From a virus: a DNA stretch of 64,000 bases. Location: the UHGV virus genome UHGV-1451962; one strand, written 5' to 3'. The notes below the pieces were generated by a model. The model saw only the letters and a list, made by a program, of their open reading frames with translations. It was not told the origin of the DNA and made no database searches. The translations under genes and the position numbers were made by a program. Shown one piece after another: positions 36,693-45,596 of the stretch; the stretch's first letter is position 1; every line of letters begins with the position of its first letter.

Positions 36693-37529
36693 ATGTTTAA
36701 TACTGCAAATTCTAGCTATTCTTTAGCTGATATCGCCGCAGCTACCGGCGGTAATCGTTGTAATGATGATGGTTTTGGTGGAGGCAATGGCTGGTGGGTC
36801 ATCCTTCTGTTCTTATTCATGATGAATGGATGGGGCTGGGGTGAAAACGGCTATGGTCGTAGCGTGTCACCAATGGGAGGTACAACTACCCGTGAAGAAA
36901 TTGCATATGGCTTTGATATGAATGGCTTGGAGAACTCTGTTCGTGGTATTCAAAATGGCCTATGTGATGGTTTTTATGCTCTTAACAATAGTCTTTTAAC
37001 CGGTTTTGGCAATCAAGCTTTGAATACTCAGCAAGGTTTTGCTAGTACCGATAATGCTATTTGTACTCTTGGTTATCAGACTGCTCAGTTGGCTAATGGT
37101 ATCACTTCTGATATGAACCAGAATACTAATACTATTACTCTTGGTATGAATAATGGTTTTAATGGTGTTACTGCTGGTTTAACTGCTTTGGGTACACAGT
37201 TACAGTCTTGTTGCTGTGAAACCGGGCGTGCTATTGAGCGTGGTTTTAGTGACTTAAACTATAACTTAGCTACTCAGTCTTGCGACACTCGTAGAGCTGT
37301 TCAAGATAGCACTCGTGAAATCTTAGATTTCTTAACTCAGGATAAGATTGCTTCCTTACAGTCCGAGAATCAGACTTTGAAATTTGCGGCTTCTCAGCAA
37401 GCCCAAAATGCTTATCTGGTTAGCGAACTTGGTCAGAAAGCTCCTATCCCCGCTTATGTAGTGGCTAATCCTTATTGCAACTGCGGTTCCGCAAATTCTT
37501 GCAATAGCTGCTGCTCTAGCATTTATTAA
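36693..37529 (+). CDS. hypothetical Gly/Trp-rich, Cys-rich protein with atypical codon usage
   Basis: 278 aa; N-terminal GNGWWVILLFLFMMNGWGWG hydrophobic segment, C-terminal Cys cluster (CNCGSANSCNSCCSS); by-eye GC-richer codons than neighbours. Confidence 0.4.
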   Translation: MFNTANSSYSLADIAAATGGNRCNDDGFGGGNGWWVILLFLFMMNGWGWGENGYGRSVSPMGGTTTREEIAYGFDMNGLENSVRGIQNGLCDGFYALNNSLLTGFGNQALNTQQGFASTDNAICTLGYQTAQLANGITSDMNQNTNTITLGMNNGFNGVTAGLTALGTQLQSCCCETGRAIERGFSDLNYNLATQSCDTRRAVQDSTREILDFLTQDKIASLQSENQTLKFAASQQAQNAYLVSELGQKAPIPAYVVANPYCNCGSANSCNSCCSSIY

Positions 37530-37553
37530 TTAAATTTGGAGGATAACTAATTT

Positions 37554-37976
37554 ATGGAAATTACAGCCAATGCTGCTCAATCAGTTGCAGCCAATCAAAA
37601 TGTTCTTATGACTGATACAGTAGTTGGTGGAAGTTGTTCAATGGTTCATCGTAATGGTAGTGGATTAGTTACTTTGCGCGGCCTGGCTAGCACCCAGTGC
37701 CGCGCTCGTTTTAGAGTAACTTTTGGCGCTAATATAGCTGTTCCTACTGGTGGAACCGCAGGTGCTATTTCTTTAGCTATTGCTATTAACGGCGAACCTG
37801 TTGCTACAACAACCATGACAACTACTCCAGCCGCAGTCGATCAGTACAATAACGTGTTTAGTAGTATCTTTTTAGATGTTCCTAAAGGTTGTTGTTCTCA
37901 GATTAGTATAAAAAATATTAGCACTCAAACAGTTAGCGTTCAAAATGCTAATCTAATTGTTGAACGTGTTGCTTAA
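37554..37976 (+). CDS. hypothetical Thr/Ala/Gly-rich beta-type protein
   Basis: 140-aa ORF with RBS (ggagga); GC-richer codon usage like the preceding gene. Confidence 0.4.
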   Translation: MEITANAAQSVAANQNVLMTDTVVGGSCSMVHRNGSGLVTLRGLASTQCRARFRVTFGANIAVPTGGTAGAISLAIAINGEPVATTTMTTTPAAVDQYNNVFSSIFLDVPKGCCSQISIKNISTQTVSVQNANLIVERVA

Positions 37977-37990
37977 TTTGGAGGTACAGT

Positions 37991-38545
37991 ATGGAAAGAC
38001 TAAAAAATATGAGAAATTGTTTAATGGCTTGTGTTGAAGGGGAATTGGCCCATCTTGATACTGTTGATGCTCATGAATTAGGTGAAGCAGTAGATATGAT
38101 AAAAGATTGTGAAGAAGCGATGTATTATCATACTATTAGAAAAGCTATGGAAGAGTCTGATTATAATATTAATAATAGAGATATGGATAAACATCATGGT
38201 AGAATGTATTATCCTACTCCTAGAATGTATTATACGATTGATCCTAAAATGAAGAAACATATAAAAGATGAGGATGATTATGTATATTATGATGATATGT
38301 ACATGATGCCTTATAAGCCTTTAGAAAAAATGCGGGATAAGCGTGAAGGTCGTAGTCCTATAAGCCGCAAAACTTATATGGAATCAAAAGAAATGCACAA
38401 AGATAAGCCCACTCAGCTAAAAGAGTTAGAACACTATATGCAGGAATTAGCTAGTGATATAGTGGAAATGATAGAAGGTGCATCTCCCGAAGAAAAACAA
38501 ATGATACAACAACGCATTAATTCTATTTCCGCTAAAATACAATAA
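37991..38545 (+). CDS. hypothetical protein
   Basis: 184-aa ORF with RBS (ggaggt); Met/Tyr/Asp-rich charged protein. Confidence 0.4.
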   Translation: MERLKNMRNCLMACVEGELAHLDTVDAHELGEAVDMIKDCEEAMYYHTIRKAMEESDYNINNRDMDKHHGRMYYPTPRMYYTIDPKMKKHIKDEDDYVYYDDMYMMPYKPLEKMRDKREGRSPISRKTYMESKEMHKDKPTQLKELEHYMQELASDIVEMIEGASPEEKQMIQQRINSISAKIQ

Positions 38546-38877
38546 TGTATACAGTAAATGTAAATGGTGAAACATGGACAATAGAATTTGTTTCTTCTTC
38601 TAATTATAATTTAATGAGAAGTGATGGAACTTATACTATTGGAGTTTGTGATGATGAAACTAAAACCATTTATATAGATAAAAATTTAAATAATAGTTAT
38701 TTGCAAAAAGTTTTGTGCCATGAGATAACCCATGCTGCAATGTTTAGCTATGATATAAATTTATCCCTTGAACAAGAAGAATTATTAGCTGATTTATTAG
38801 CAACATATGGAGAAGAAGTAGTACAAAAAGCAAATATATTATTTAAACGTATAAAAGAAAATAGGGGAAGCTATTAA
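38545..38877 (+). CDS. small HExxH-motif protein (putative zinc metallopeptidase-like)
   Basis: 110-aa ORF; contains VLCHEITHAAMF (HExxH); start overlaps the upstream stop. Confidence 0.4.
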   Translation: MYTVNVNGETWTIEFVSSSNYNLMRSDGTYTIGVCDDETKTIYIDKNLNNSYLQKVLCHEITHAAMFSYDINLSLEQEELLADLLATYGEEVVQKANILFKRIKENRGSY

Positions 38878-38897
38878 ATTAGCTTCCCCTATTTTTT
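38861..38897. terminator. bidirectional rho-independent terminator at strand switch
   Basis: Stem ataggggaagct / agcttcccctat with 8-nt loop, T-runs on both flanks; lies between convergent genes. Confidence 0.6.
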
Positions 38898-39395
38898 ACT
38901 TTCTATATCACGAATCGGCAATTCACAAACTCGTTCATAAAAATCCTGTCCTCGACCATTGCCTTTTAATCCTTCATGGTAAGTTTTCCACATAGCAGTA
39001 AGTGCAGAAAATTCATCAGACGTCAAATAACCTCTTTCTAAGTATTCTCGACAAAGATTTATTAGTCTTTCACTATAATCTTCTTTTAACGCTTCAAATT
39101 TCTTATTCTCTATATCAATCTGTTCTTGAAGAGGATTCAATTTTTCTTCTATTGTTTCATCTAATTTATTTTCATTTAATTTTTCAAATGCTTCTTTATA
39201 CTGCTGAAATTTTTTATCTAAATTTCTAAAATAAGCTAATAAACCAGCAGAAATCAAACCAAAAATAATTTCAAACCAATGTTCGACAAAGAAGGCGCCT
39301 GTTATCATAAGATTTTTCAACCTCCTTAAATTGTTCATTACATTTAAAAATAGTTTGAAATTAATTAATATATTTTGTCCTTTAAGACCAATCAA
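38889..39395 (-). CDS. hypothetical protein with N-terminal membrane segment
   Basis: 168-aa ORF; hydrophobic segment AFFVEHWFEIIFGLISAGLLAYF followed by coiled-coil-like region. Confidence 0.35.
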   Translation of the reverse strand: MIGLKGQNILINFKLFLNVMNNLRRLKNLMITGAFFVEHWFEIIFGLISAGLLAYFRNLDKKFQQYKEAFEKLNENKLDETIEEKLNPLQEQIDIENKKFEALKEDYSERLINLCREYLERGYLTSDEFSALTAMWKTYHEGLKGNGRGQDFYERVCELPIRDIESKK

Positions 39396-39891
39396 ATCCT
39401 CTATTTAAAGCATGATAACCAATACAAATTGCATCAGCTTCATCTTGCGTAGGTTTTATTTTGTATTTATTAATTACAAAAGCCTGCGCGTTTTTTTTCT
39501 GCTCATTTCTAATTTTCCCAGTTACACCGCAAGTTTTTTTCCAAGCAGAAGAAGAAACAACATCATATTTAATGTTTTCTTTTTCCAATAAACTTAATAA
39601 TGCTCCTTGTACATGGGCAAGTTTTTTATAAGTAACTACTCCAAAATCTTTCGCTTTTATCTTTTTGCCATTTGGTTCATATTCTTGTAGTTGTATATCT
39701 TCAATAATAACTTCTACATCCCCATTTAGAGTATCAATTATATTCTCTAACCAATCTCTTAATTTAGAAATTCTTAGCATATATTCTCCTTCTGGATGAA
39801 TATGACCATAAGTAATTAACTCTTGGCCTTTAAATACAGCATATCCAGTAATGGCTGTACTTTGATCTAAGGCCAAGAGAAATTTAGACAT
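39382..39891 (-). CDS. RuvC-like Holliday junction resolvase
   Basis: 169 aa; N-terminal LALDQSTAITGYAVF resembles the RuvC start, and C-terminal DEADAICIGYHAL resembles the RuvC catalytic acidic motif. Confidence 0.65.
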   Translation of the reverse strand: MSKFLLALDQSTAITGYAVFKGQELITYGHIHPEGEYMLRISKLRDWLENIIDTLNGDVEVIIEDIQLQEYEPNGKKIKAKDFGVVTYKKLAHVQGALLSLLEKENIKYDVVSSSAWKKTCGVTGKIRNEQKKNAQAFVINKYKIKPTQDEADAICIGYHALNRGFDWS

Positions 39892-40433
39892 TATCTACCA
39901 GTTGAACCGTATCCACCAATGCGTTCATTTTCACTTTTATCATCATCTGTTACAGAATAATTATGAATTACACCTTGGCCAATACGATCACCTTTTTTTA
40001 ATTCAATAGCAAAAGGACTTAAATTAATCATTTGAAAGAAAATTTCTCCATCATTTTCAGGATTACCTGCGTAGTCAGCATCTACAATACCCGGCGCATT
40101 GCCTTGAATCAACCAGTATTTAAGAGGAGTTGAGCTACGAACCGCCAACTGCAAATACTGATTAGGTTCCATATAACATTTTACACCAGTAGAAACAAGA
40201 GTAGGTTTAGCTTTCGTGGCTTTTGTAATCTTTTCCATCTGTTCTAAAGTAATAATATTATCATCAGAAACTTGAACAGAATTCTTCAAAAGATTCATTG
40301 TATGAGTTTCAAGTGGTGGAATTATAATATTTTCCGCAACATACATATCATAACCTGCGGAATACTTGGTACCTCTCTTCGGCATTTGAATATCTACATT
40401 TTCAAAACGCTTTACTTTTTCAAACTTAATCAA
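39891..40433 (-). CDS. dut: dUTPase / dCTP deaminase family protein
   Basis: 180 aa; contains GIVDADYAGNPENDGE (dUTPase GxxDxDYRG-type motif). Confidence 0.6.
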   Translation of the reverse strand: MIKFEKVKRFENVDIQMPKRGTKYSAGYDMYVAENIIIPPLETHTMNLLKNSVQVSDDNIITLEQMEKITKATKAKPTLVSTGVKCYMEPNQYLQLAVRSSTPLKYWLIQGNAPGIVDADYAGNPENDGEIFFQMINLSPFAIELKKGDRIGQGVIHNYSVTDDDKSENERIGGYGSTGR

Positions 40434-40683
40434 TATCTACATCCTCCTTATAGCCATAAAAAGCATCAACATTACTTTCAGGATTCTTTTCATCATTAAA
40501 ACTTATTGTAGCTTTAACAACTTGATATTCTTCATCTGTTGCTTTAACGTATTTAGTAGTATAGCTAAAGCTAGTTAATTCACCATAATTATTTTTAGAA
40601 AGCTCCTCACGCAAAGCAAGAGCATCATAAACAGTAGGAACTCTATAAACATTAGTGACTTTAATTAAATTTTTATTAATCAT
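40426..40683 (-). CDS. hypothetical protein
   Basis: 85-aa ORF in tightly packed minus-strand block. Confidence 0.35.
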   Translation of the reverse strand: MINKNLIKVTNVYRVPTVYDALALREELSKNNYGELTSFSYTTKYVKATDEEYQVVKATISFNDEKNPESNVDAFYGYKEDVDID

Positions 40684-40685
40684 TT

Positions 40686-40946
40686 TTAAACATCCTCAAT
40701 CACAATATTTTTATTCATATATTCATTATTTGAATTAATATAATTTTTTACCTCTGAAGCAATAGCGTAAGGAGCATGAATTTTAACATTATAAATCTGC
40801 TCTGCTTCAACAATGCTCATAATTTGATCTGCCATATCTTTAGGGTTAGAACTCACTCTAAATTTTTTGCTAGTATTAGTAATAAAAACTTCAGAATTAA
40901 TTACGCCAGGATCATAAACAACAAAAATATCTTTTTTAATACTCAA
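40686..40946 (-). CDS. hypothetical protein
   Basis: 86-aa ORF in tightly packed minus-strand block. Confidence 0.35.
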   Translation of the reverse strand: MSIKKDIFVVYDPGVINSEVFITNTSKKFRVSSNPKDMADQIMSIVEAEQIYNVKIHAPYAIASEVKNYINSNNEYMNKNIVIEDV

Positions 40947-41293
40947 ATTTCAACTACTCCTTTCGCATAATCAAAGAAATAAAAAACTTTAATACCATTA
41001 TAATCAATCCAAAATTCTAGTGCATTTCCATCTTCTGCTGTTTCAATAGATTTAACTGGGCCTAAAGCCTTTACAATATCAATAATTTCATCTGTCATTG
41101 TCTTAAACAAATAACTATCTGTAAAAGTATACAAAGTATAGTATCGAGATTCATTATTTAACATCATATAATAAGAAGAAGGATGGGTTTTTAAAAAATT
41201 ACAAATAAACTTTTTAGAGTTTTCAAGCTCTTCATCTGTCATATTAGGAAGAGAGTTATATCCCATTTTTTCAAAATCATATTTATCAATCAT
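40943..41293 (-). CDS. hypothetical protein
   Basis: 116-aa ORF, 4-nt overlap with downstream gene. Confidence 0.35.
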   Translation of the reverse strand: MIDKYDFEKMGYNSLPNMTDEELENSKKFICNFLKTHPSSYYMMLNNESRYYTLYTFTDSYLFKTMTDEIIDIVKALGPVKSIETAEDGNALEFWIDYNGIKVFYFFDYAKGVVEI

Positions 41294-41341
41294 TTAAGAA
41301 CTCCTTAATTTATTTCTTTAAATAATTATAACATATATTAT

Positions 41342-41815
41342 TTATTTTTTCAAGTAAATAATATTTTGATTGCGGGAACCTCGCCATTTTAAAGTAATAT
41401 CTCTTTGCGAATTAATGTAAGGCCCATCCACCAATATATCTAAATAAGGAAAAATTTCTTCTTTTATTTCCTTATTTTTAACTAATTCATCATAATAATA
41501 ACCAGACCATAAATAAATTTTAGTTTCTGGATATTTTTCTTTTACTTGTTGAATAATATATTTAGTAATAGGAATATTTTCTGGACAGAGCGGTTCTCCG
41601 CCCAGAATACTTAAATTTCTATTTATTCCATTTGCTTTTAATGCTTTAAAAAGATTATTTAATGTATCTTTTGTAAATTCTTTACCGCCAGTAAATGACC
41701 AAGTTTCAGGATTTTGACAATCTTTACAATGATTTTTACAACCTTGTACCCAAAAAGAAACATTTACTCCTGGGCCATTTGCAATGTCATTTTCTTTTAT
41801 AGCTGCATATCTCAT
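41342..41815 (-). CDS. nrdG: anaerobic ribonucleotide reductase activating protein (radical SAM)
   Basis: Contains GPGVNVSFWVQGCKNHCKDC (CxxxCxxC radical-SAM cluster in NrdG-like context); start placed at the internal ATG (MRYAAIK), giving a 4-nt overlap with the upstream ORF. Confidence 0.7.
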   Translation of the reverse strand: MRYAAIKENDIANGPGVNVSFWVQGCKNHCKDCQNPETWSFTGGKEFTKDTLNNLFKALKANGINRNLSILGGEPLCPENIPITKYIIQQVKEKYPETKIYLWSGYYYDELVKNKEIKEEIFPYLDILVDGPYINSQRDITLKWRGSRNQNIIYLKK

Positions 41816-42159
41816 TTCATTATCTCCCAAGAACAACAATAATTAGCACAGCAAGGAAGTATTATTATTTTTAAAACTTCATAATTGTTATAGTTTTTAG
41901 ATATTTTAACTTTATAAAATCTATAACCTCTAAAACCTTCTGACATTGGATGCCATATCCAATGTTCATTATTTTCTTGCCATTCTATAAAATTTTTTTG
42001 CATTTTAGCAATAGAAAGATTATTTTTATTTAAATAATTAATTACTTCTTGCTTATCTTCTGTAATATATACACATGTAACAATTTGGTTACTAACTGGA
42101 TATCTTCGGCCTTCTTGTTTATTAAAATAACAAGCATATTTTTTTAATAAATTGTTCAT
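41812..42159 (-). CDS. hypothetical protein
   Basis: 115-aa ORF with C-terminal CCANYCC cluster. Confidence 0.35.
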   Translation of the reverse strand: MNNLLKKYACYFNKQEGRRYPVSNQIVTCVYITEDKQEVINYLNKNNLSIAKMQKNFIEWQENNEHWIWHPMSEGFRGYRFYKVKISKNYNNYEVLKIIILPCCANYCCSWEIMK

Positions 42160-42172
42160 ACTCTTCTAACCT

Positions 42173-42553
42173 TTATACTGTGATTGTATGCTCATTGAAC
42201 TCAAGTATAATATTTTTAGAAAAATAGTCTTGTAAATGTTCCATCTCATTTTCTTTCACAATGATACAATCAGCATTATCAGATGCATGTCCCCAAATAT
42301 AGTTACAATTTTTTCCATGTATAGTATAGTAAGCAGAACTAATATTATCTAATTTAACTAAGTAATTGAAAGCATCACTACTTTCTTTATTAGAATCACT
42401 GCCTTCTTTAGTAAGAGCGTAGCCACCCCTTGCTCTTACTTTACCAACAACAGTACCGCATGCCCTATCTACAACATATGTATTTGAAATGCGAACTCTG
42501 TCTCCATAATAAAACTTAGACATATATTTTCTCCTTTTGCTACTGATTATCAA
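42173..42553 (-). CDS. hypothetical protein
   Basis: 126-aa ORF. Confidence 0.35.
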   Translation of the reverse strand: MIISSKRRKYMSKFYYGDRVRISNTYVVDRACGTVVGKVRARGGYALTKEGSDSNKESSDAFNYLVKLDNISSAYYTIHGKNCNYIWGHASDNADCIIVKENEMEHLQDYFSKNIILEFNEHTITV

Positions 42554-42717
42554 ATATTTTTGTCTTATTTGCCATTTTAGAAATCTATTCTTCTCCAGTA
42601 CAAACTTTTGCCTCAGCAGTTAAGCGCTTTGTGCTCGCATCAACTAAAATTTGCTTAAATCTTTTAATCAAAAAAACATACCACACATTTTCCACATAAA
42701 TGTTTGCCTTATATAGT

Positions 42718-44973
42718 TTATAAATGTTTTACTCTCATAGAGACTTCTTGCTGTTTACCTAGATTAAATGCAGTTTTATAATCTCCTGTTAAATAACCGG
42801 TTACTCTTCTTAATTGTTGAATATGACTACTGCCACATTCAGGACAATTATCATTAAATTCATCACAATATCCGCACTCTAAACAAGTATCATTAGGTAC
42901 ATTAATTGCAAAATAAGGGATATCTTTATCCATAGCATAATTTACTATAATTTCTAATGCTTCTAAATTATTTTTTACTGTTGAATCTAATTCAATATAT
43001 GTAATACAACCAGCACTTGAATATCCTGTTAATTGAGATTCTATATCAATTTTTTCAAAAGGAGACATTTCCTTCCAAACAGGAACATGTATGCTATTTG
43101 TAAAGAAATCTTTATCTGAAACATTAGGAATAATACCATATTTTTCTTTAAATTTTTCCATTGCTGTATAAGCTAAATTTTCTGCGGGAGTGTAGTAAAC
43201 ACCAAAATTTAACTTATAATATTCTTTAAATTCTGCACAACGCTTTTTAAATAAAGATTCAATTTTTTTTGCTAATTCCATTCCTTCTGGAGTGGTGTGA
43301 TCCTGCCCAATTAGAATTTGAAGAGTTTCAGCAAGACCAATTTGACCCAAAGCTAAAGTCCCATGCTTCAGAGCACTACGGATACCTTCTTCTGGAATAT
43401 ATCCTGCCATAACATTATTTTCATACATGAATTTAGCTGACTCAGGAGATTGAGAACAAATCCATTCAAAGCGTTCAATTAACATATCTTTTGCTTCATT
43501 AATTTTTTGATCTAATTTATAAATAAATCTATCAATTAAAATTTGATTGCTATCGAAAGAATGATGATTTCTTACATCTTCCTCAAAATTAATTTTACAT
43601 TCCATCGCCAAAGTAGGCATAATAATAGTTACAGGACAAATATTTCCACGTCCATCTTTACGTTGTCCTAGGCCATTAATGTCCCATCCATTAGCCGTTC
43701 TACACCCCATCGTCGAGAAATATGTACACGGATCGTCTGGATTATAACCTTCATTTCCACTCCAATCAACATTTGCGTAATTAGGATATAATCTTTGAGC
43801 GGTTGATTTCAATGCTAATTGATATAAATCATAATTTGGATCTCCAGGTTTACGATTTATATTTTTCATCATTTGGAAAATTCCGCAAGGGAAAATACTT
43901 GTTTTATGTAATTTTCCAATTCCTTTTATTGAAACATCAAGAAGAGCTTTAGTTACTAAACGTCCTTCTGGCAGTACACAAGTGCCATAGTTAATTGATG
44001 TAAAAGGTAATTGATTCCCAGAGCGTGATTGTAGTGTATTAAGATTGTGGTACATTCCTTCAACAGCTTGATAGATTTCTTTTATTGTCATATCCATAGC
44101 ATATTTATATGGTCTATTTCCAATTCCTATCTGTGTTAAAAATTCAATATTATTTATAGAACAATTTTCTTTTAAAAGATTTATTTTCATTTCTGCGCAG
44201 CTACTATCAGACCAATCGCAAAAATATTTTAATCCATCACAATAATGTTTATAAAAACTTTTTCTTACATAAGGTACCATTGTCCAATCTAAGTGAGTTG
44301 CGCTCACGCCGCCAAACTGCTGCAAAGATTGTAGCTGAAAAATAACTGCGACAAGTTGAAAGGCGGTATTAACACTTTGAGCTGGTCTTACATCTGTTTG
44401 GCGTGTATTAAAACCATTAGCAAGCAAATCGTCAAAAGGAATAGATAAACAATTATGACTACCTACATAATAACTACCCAAATCATGAATATAAATTTCA
44501 TTATTTAAATGATTTTTTCTTGCCATAGGCGAAACAATATAATCCAAAGCTAATTGTTTTGTAACTATATCACTTGCTTCTCCAGTTCTTCCACCAAAAG
44601 AAGATTCATCAACATTTGCATTTTGATTTTGAATATTGGAAGCATCAAGTTTTTCTCTAATAGCATTAATAAAATCATTTTTCTTTTCTCTTGCTACTTC
44701 TTTTTTATATCTAAAACGAATATAAGCTCTAGCTACATCTCTTCGATAAGATTGCATTAAAAAATCTTCAACCCAATCTTGAATATCTTCAACGCCAATA
44801 CTACCATCAGGATAATGCTGCATTTTTTTTTCAATTTCATTTGCTATATCTTTTGCGGTATCATCCTCATATAATTGTCCATCTACTTCAATGAAAGCTT
44901 TATTAATTGCATTAATAATTTTATTTTTATTAAAAACCGCGATTGAACCATCGCGTTTAATTAAGTCAAACAT
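42718..44973 (-). CDS. nrdD: anaerobic ribonucleoside-triphosphate reductase (class III)
   Basis: 751 aa; C-terminal Zn-ribbon CLECGYC…CPECGS and glycyl-radical motif RRVTGYLTG. Confidence 0.8.
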   Translation of the reverse strand: MFDLIKRDGSIAVFNKNKIINAINKAFIEVDGQLYEDDTAKDIANEIEKKMQHYPDGSIGVEDIQDWVEDFLMQSYRRDVARAYIRFRYKKEVAREKKNDFINAIREKLDASNIQNQNANVDESSFGGRTGEASDIVTKQLALDYIVSPMARKNHLNNEIYIHDLGSYYVGSHNCLSIPFDDLLANGFNTRQTDVRPAQSVNTAFQLVAVIFQLQSLQQFGGVSATHLDWTMVPYVRKSFYKHYCDGLKYFCDWSDSSCAEMKINLLKENCSINNIEFLTQIGIGNRPYKYAMDMTIKEIYQAVEGMYHNLNTLQSRSGNQLPFTSINYGTCVLPEGRLVTKALLDVSIKGIGKLHKTSIFPCGIFQMMKNINRKPGDPNYDLYQLALKSTAQRLYPNYANVDWSGNEGYNPDDPCTYFSTMGCRTANGWDINGLGQRKDGRGNICPVTIIMPTLAMECKINFEEDVRNHHSFDSNQILIDRFIYKLDQKINEAKDMLIERFEWICSQSPESAKFMYENNVMAGYIPEEGIRSALKHGTLALGQIGLAETLQILIGQDHTTPEGMELAKKIESLFKKRCAEFKEYYKLNFGVYYTPAENLAYTAMEKFKEKYGIIPNVSDKDFFTNSIHVPVWKEMSPFEKIDIESQLTGYSSAGCITYIELDSTVKNNLEALEIIVNYAMDKDIPYFAINVPNDTCLECGYCDEFNDNCPECGSSHIQQLRRVTGYLTGDYKTAFNLGKQQEVSMRVKHL

Positions 44974-45035
44974 TATTACACCTCTATATATATTTTATTG
45001 ATACATATTATATATACAAATTGTAGTATTTTTAT

Positions 45036-45596
45036 TTAAAAGATTTGTCCAGCAATACGTTGCACGCTAGTTGTAAAATCTTTTCTAGTTAAATTTTTTA
45101 AAACTTCACAATTAAATTCTGAAACAAAACTTCTAAAATCTTTTTCATCTGTCTCATATCTACGGATAATTTCTTCAATATTAGGTTCTTTTTCTCTATT
45201 GAGTTGTCTTATCAATCTCTCCTTATTTGATACATCTATATAAAAAATCTTTAAAATAATATTTGGATTATCTTTCAAAATTTCTAAACCTTCTGGATTA
45301 AAAACCCCAATATTAATTTTATCTGTATCAAGAGTAGAATAAGAAGTTCCATAACACCACCCGTTAAATGAAGTAGCTTCTAGCATGTCTCCATTTAAAA
45401 GTTTAACCGCAAATTCTTCATTGGTAAGATAATGATAATCTTTTCCTTCTGTTTCATTATCTCTTTTAGGTCTAGTAGTACAAGAAATAATTGGATTTAA
45501 TTGCGGATTAAGCTTAATGGCGGAGGAAAGAATAGAATCTTTCCCCGCACCACTTTTTCCTGCAATTGCAATAATTTTAATCTTCTTCATCTTCAA
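45036..45596 (-). CDS. gmk: guanylate kinase
   Basis: 186 aa; P-loop GKSGAGKDS and signature SCTTRPKRDNETEGKDYHYLT. Confidence 0.7.
   Translation of the reverse strand: MKMKKIKIIAIAGKSGAGKDSILSSAIKLNPQLNPIISCTTRPKRDNETEGKDYHYLTNEEFAVKLLNGDMLEATSFNGWCYGTSYSTLDTDKINIGVFNPEGLEILKDNPNIILKIFYIDVSNKERLIRQLNREKEPNIEEIIRRYETDEKDFRSFVSEFNCEVLKNLTRKDFTTSVQRIAGQIF

Noticed and set aside
40272-40499. 75-aa plus-strand ORF overlapping the dUTPase gene start region
   Set aside because: Antisense to well-supported minus-strand genes, His/Asn-rich low-complexity translation, no RBS.
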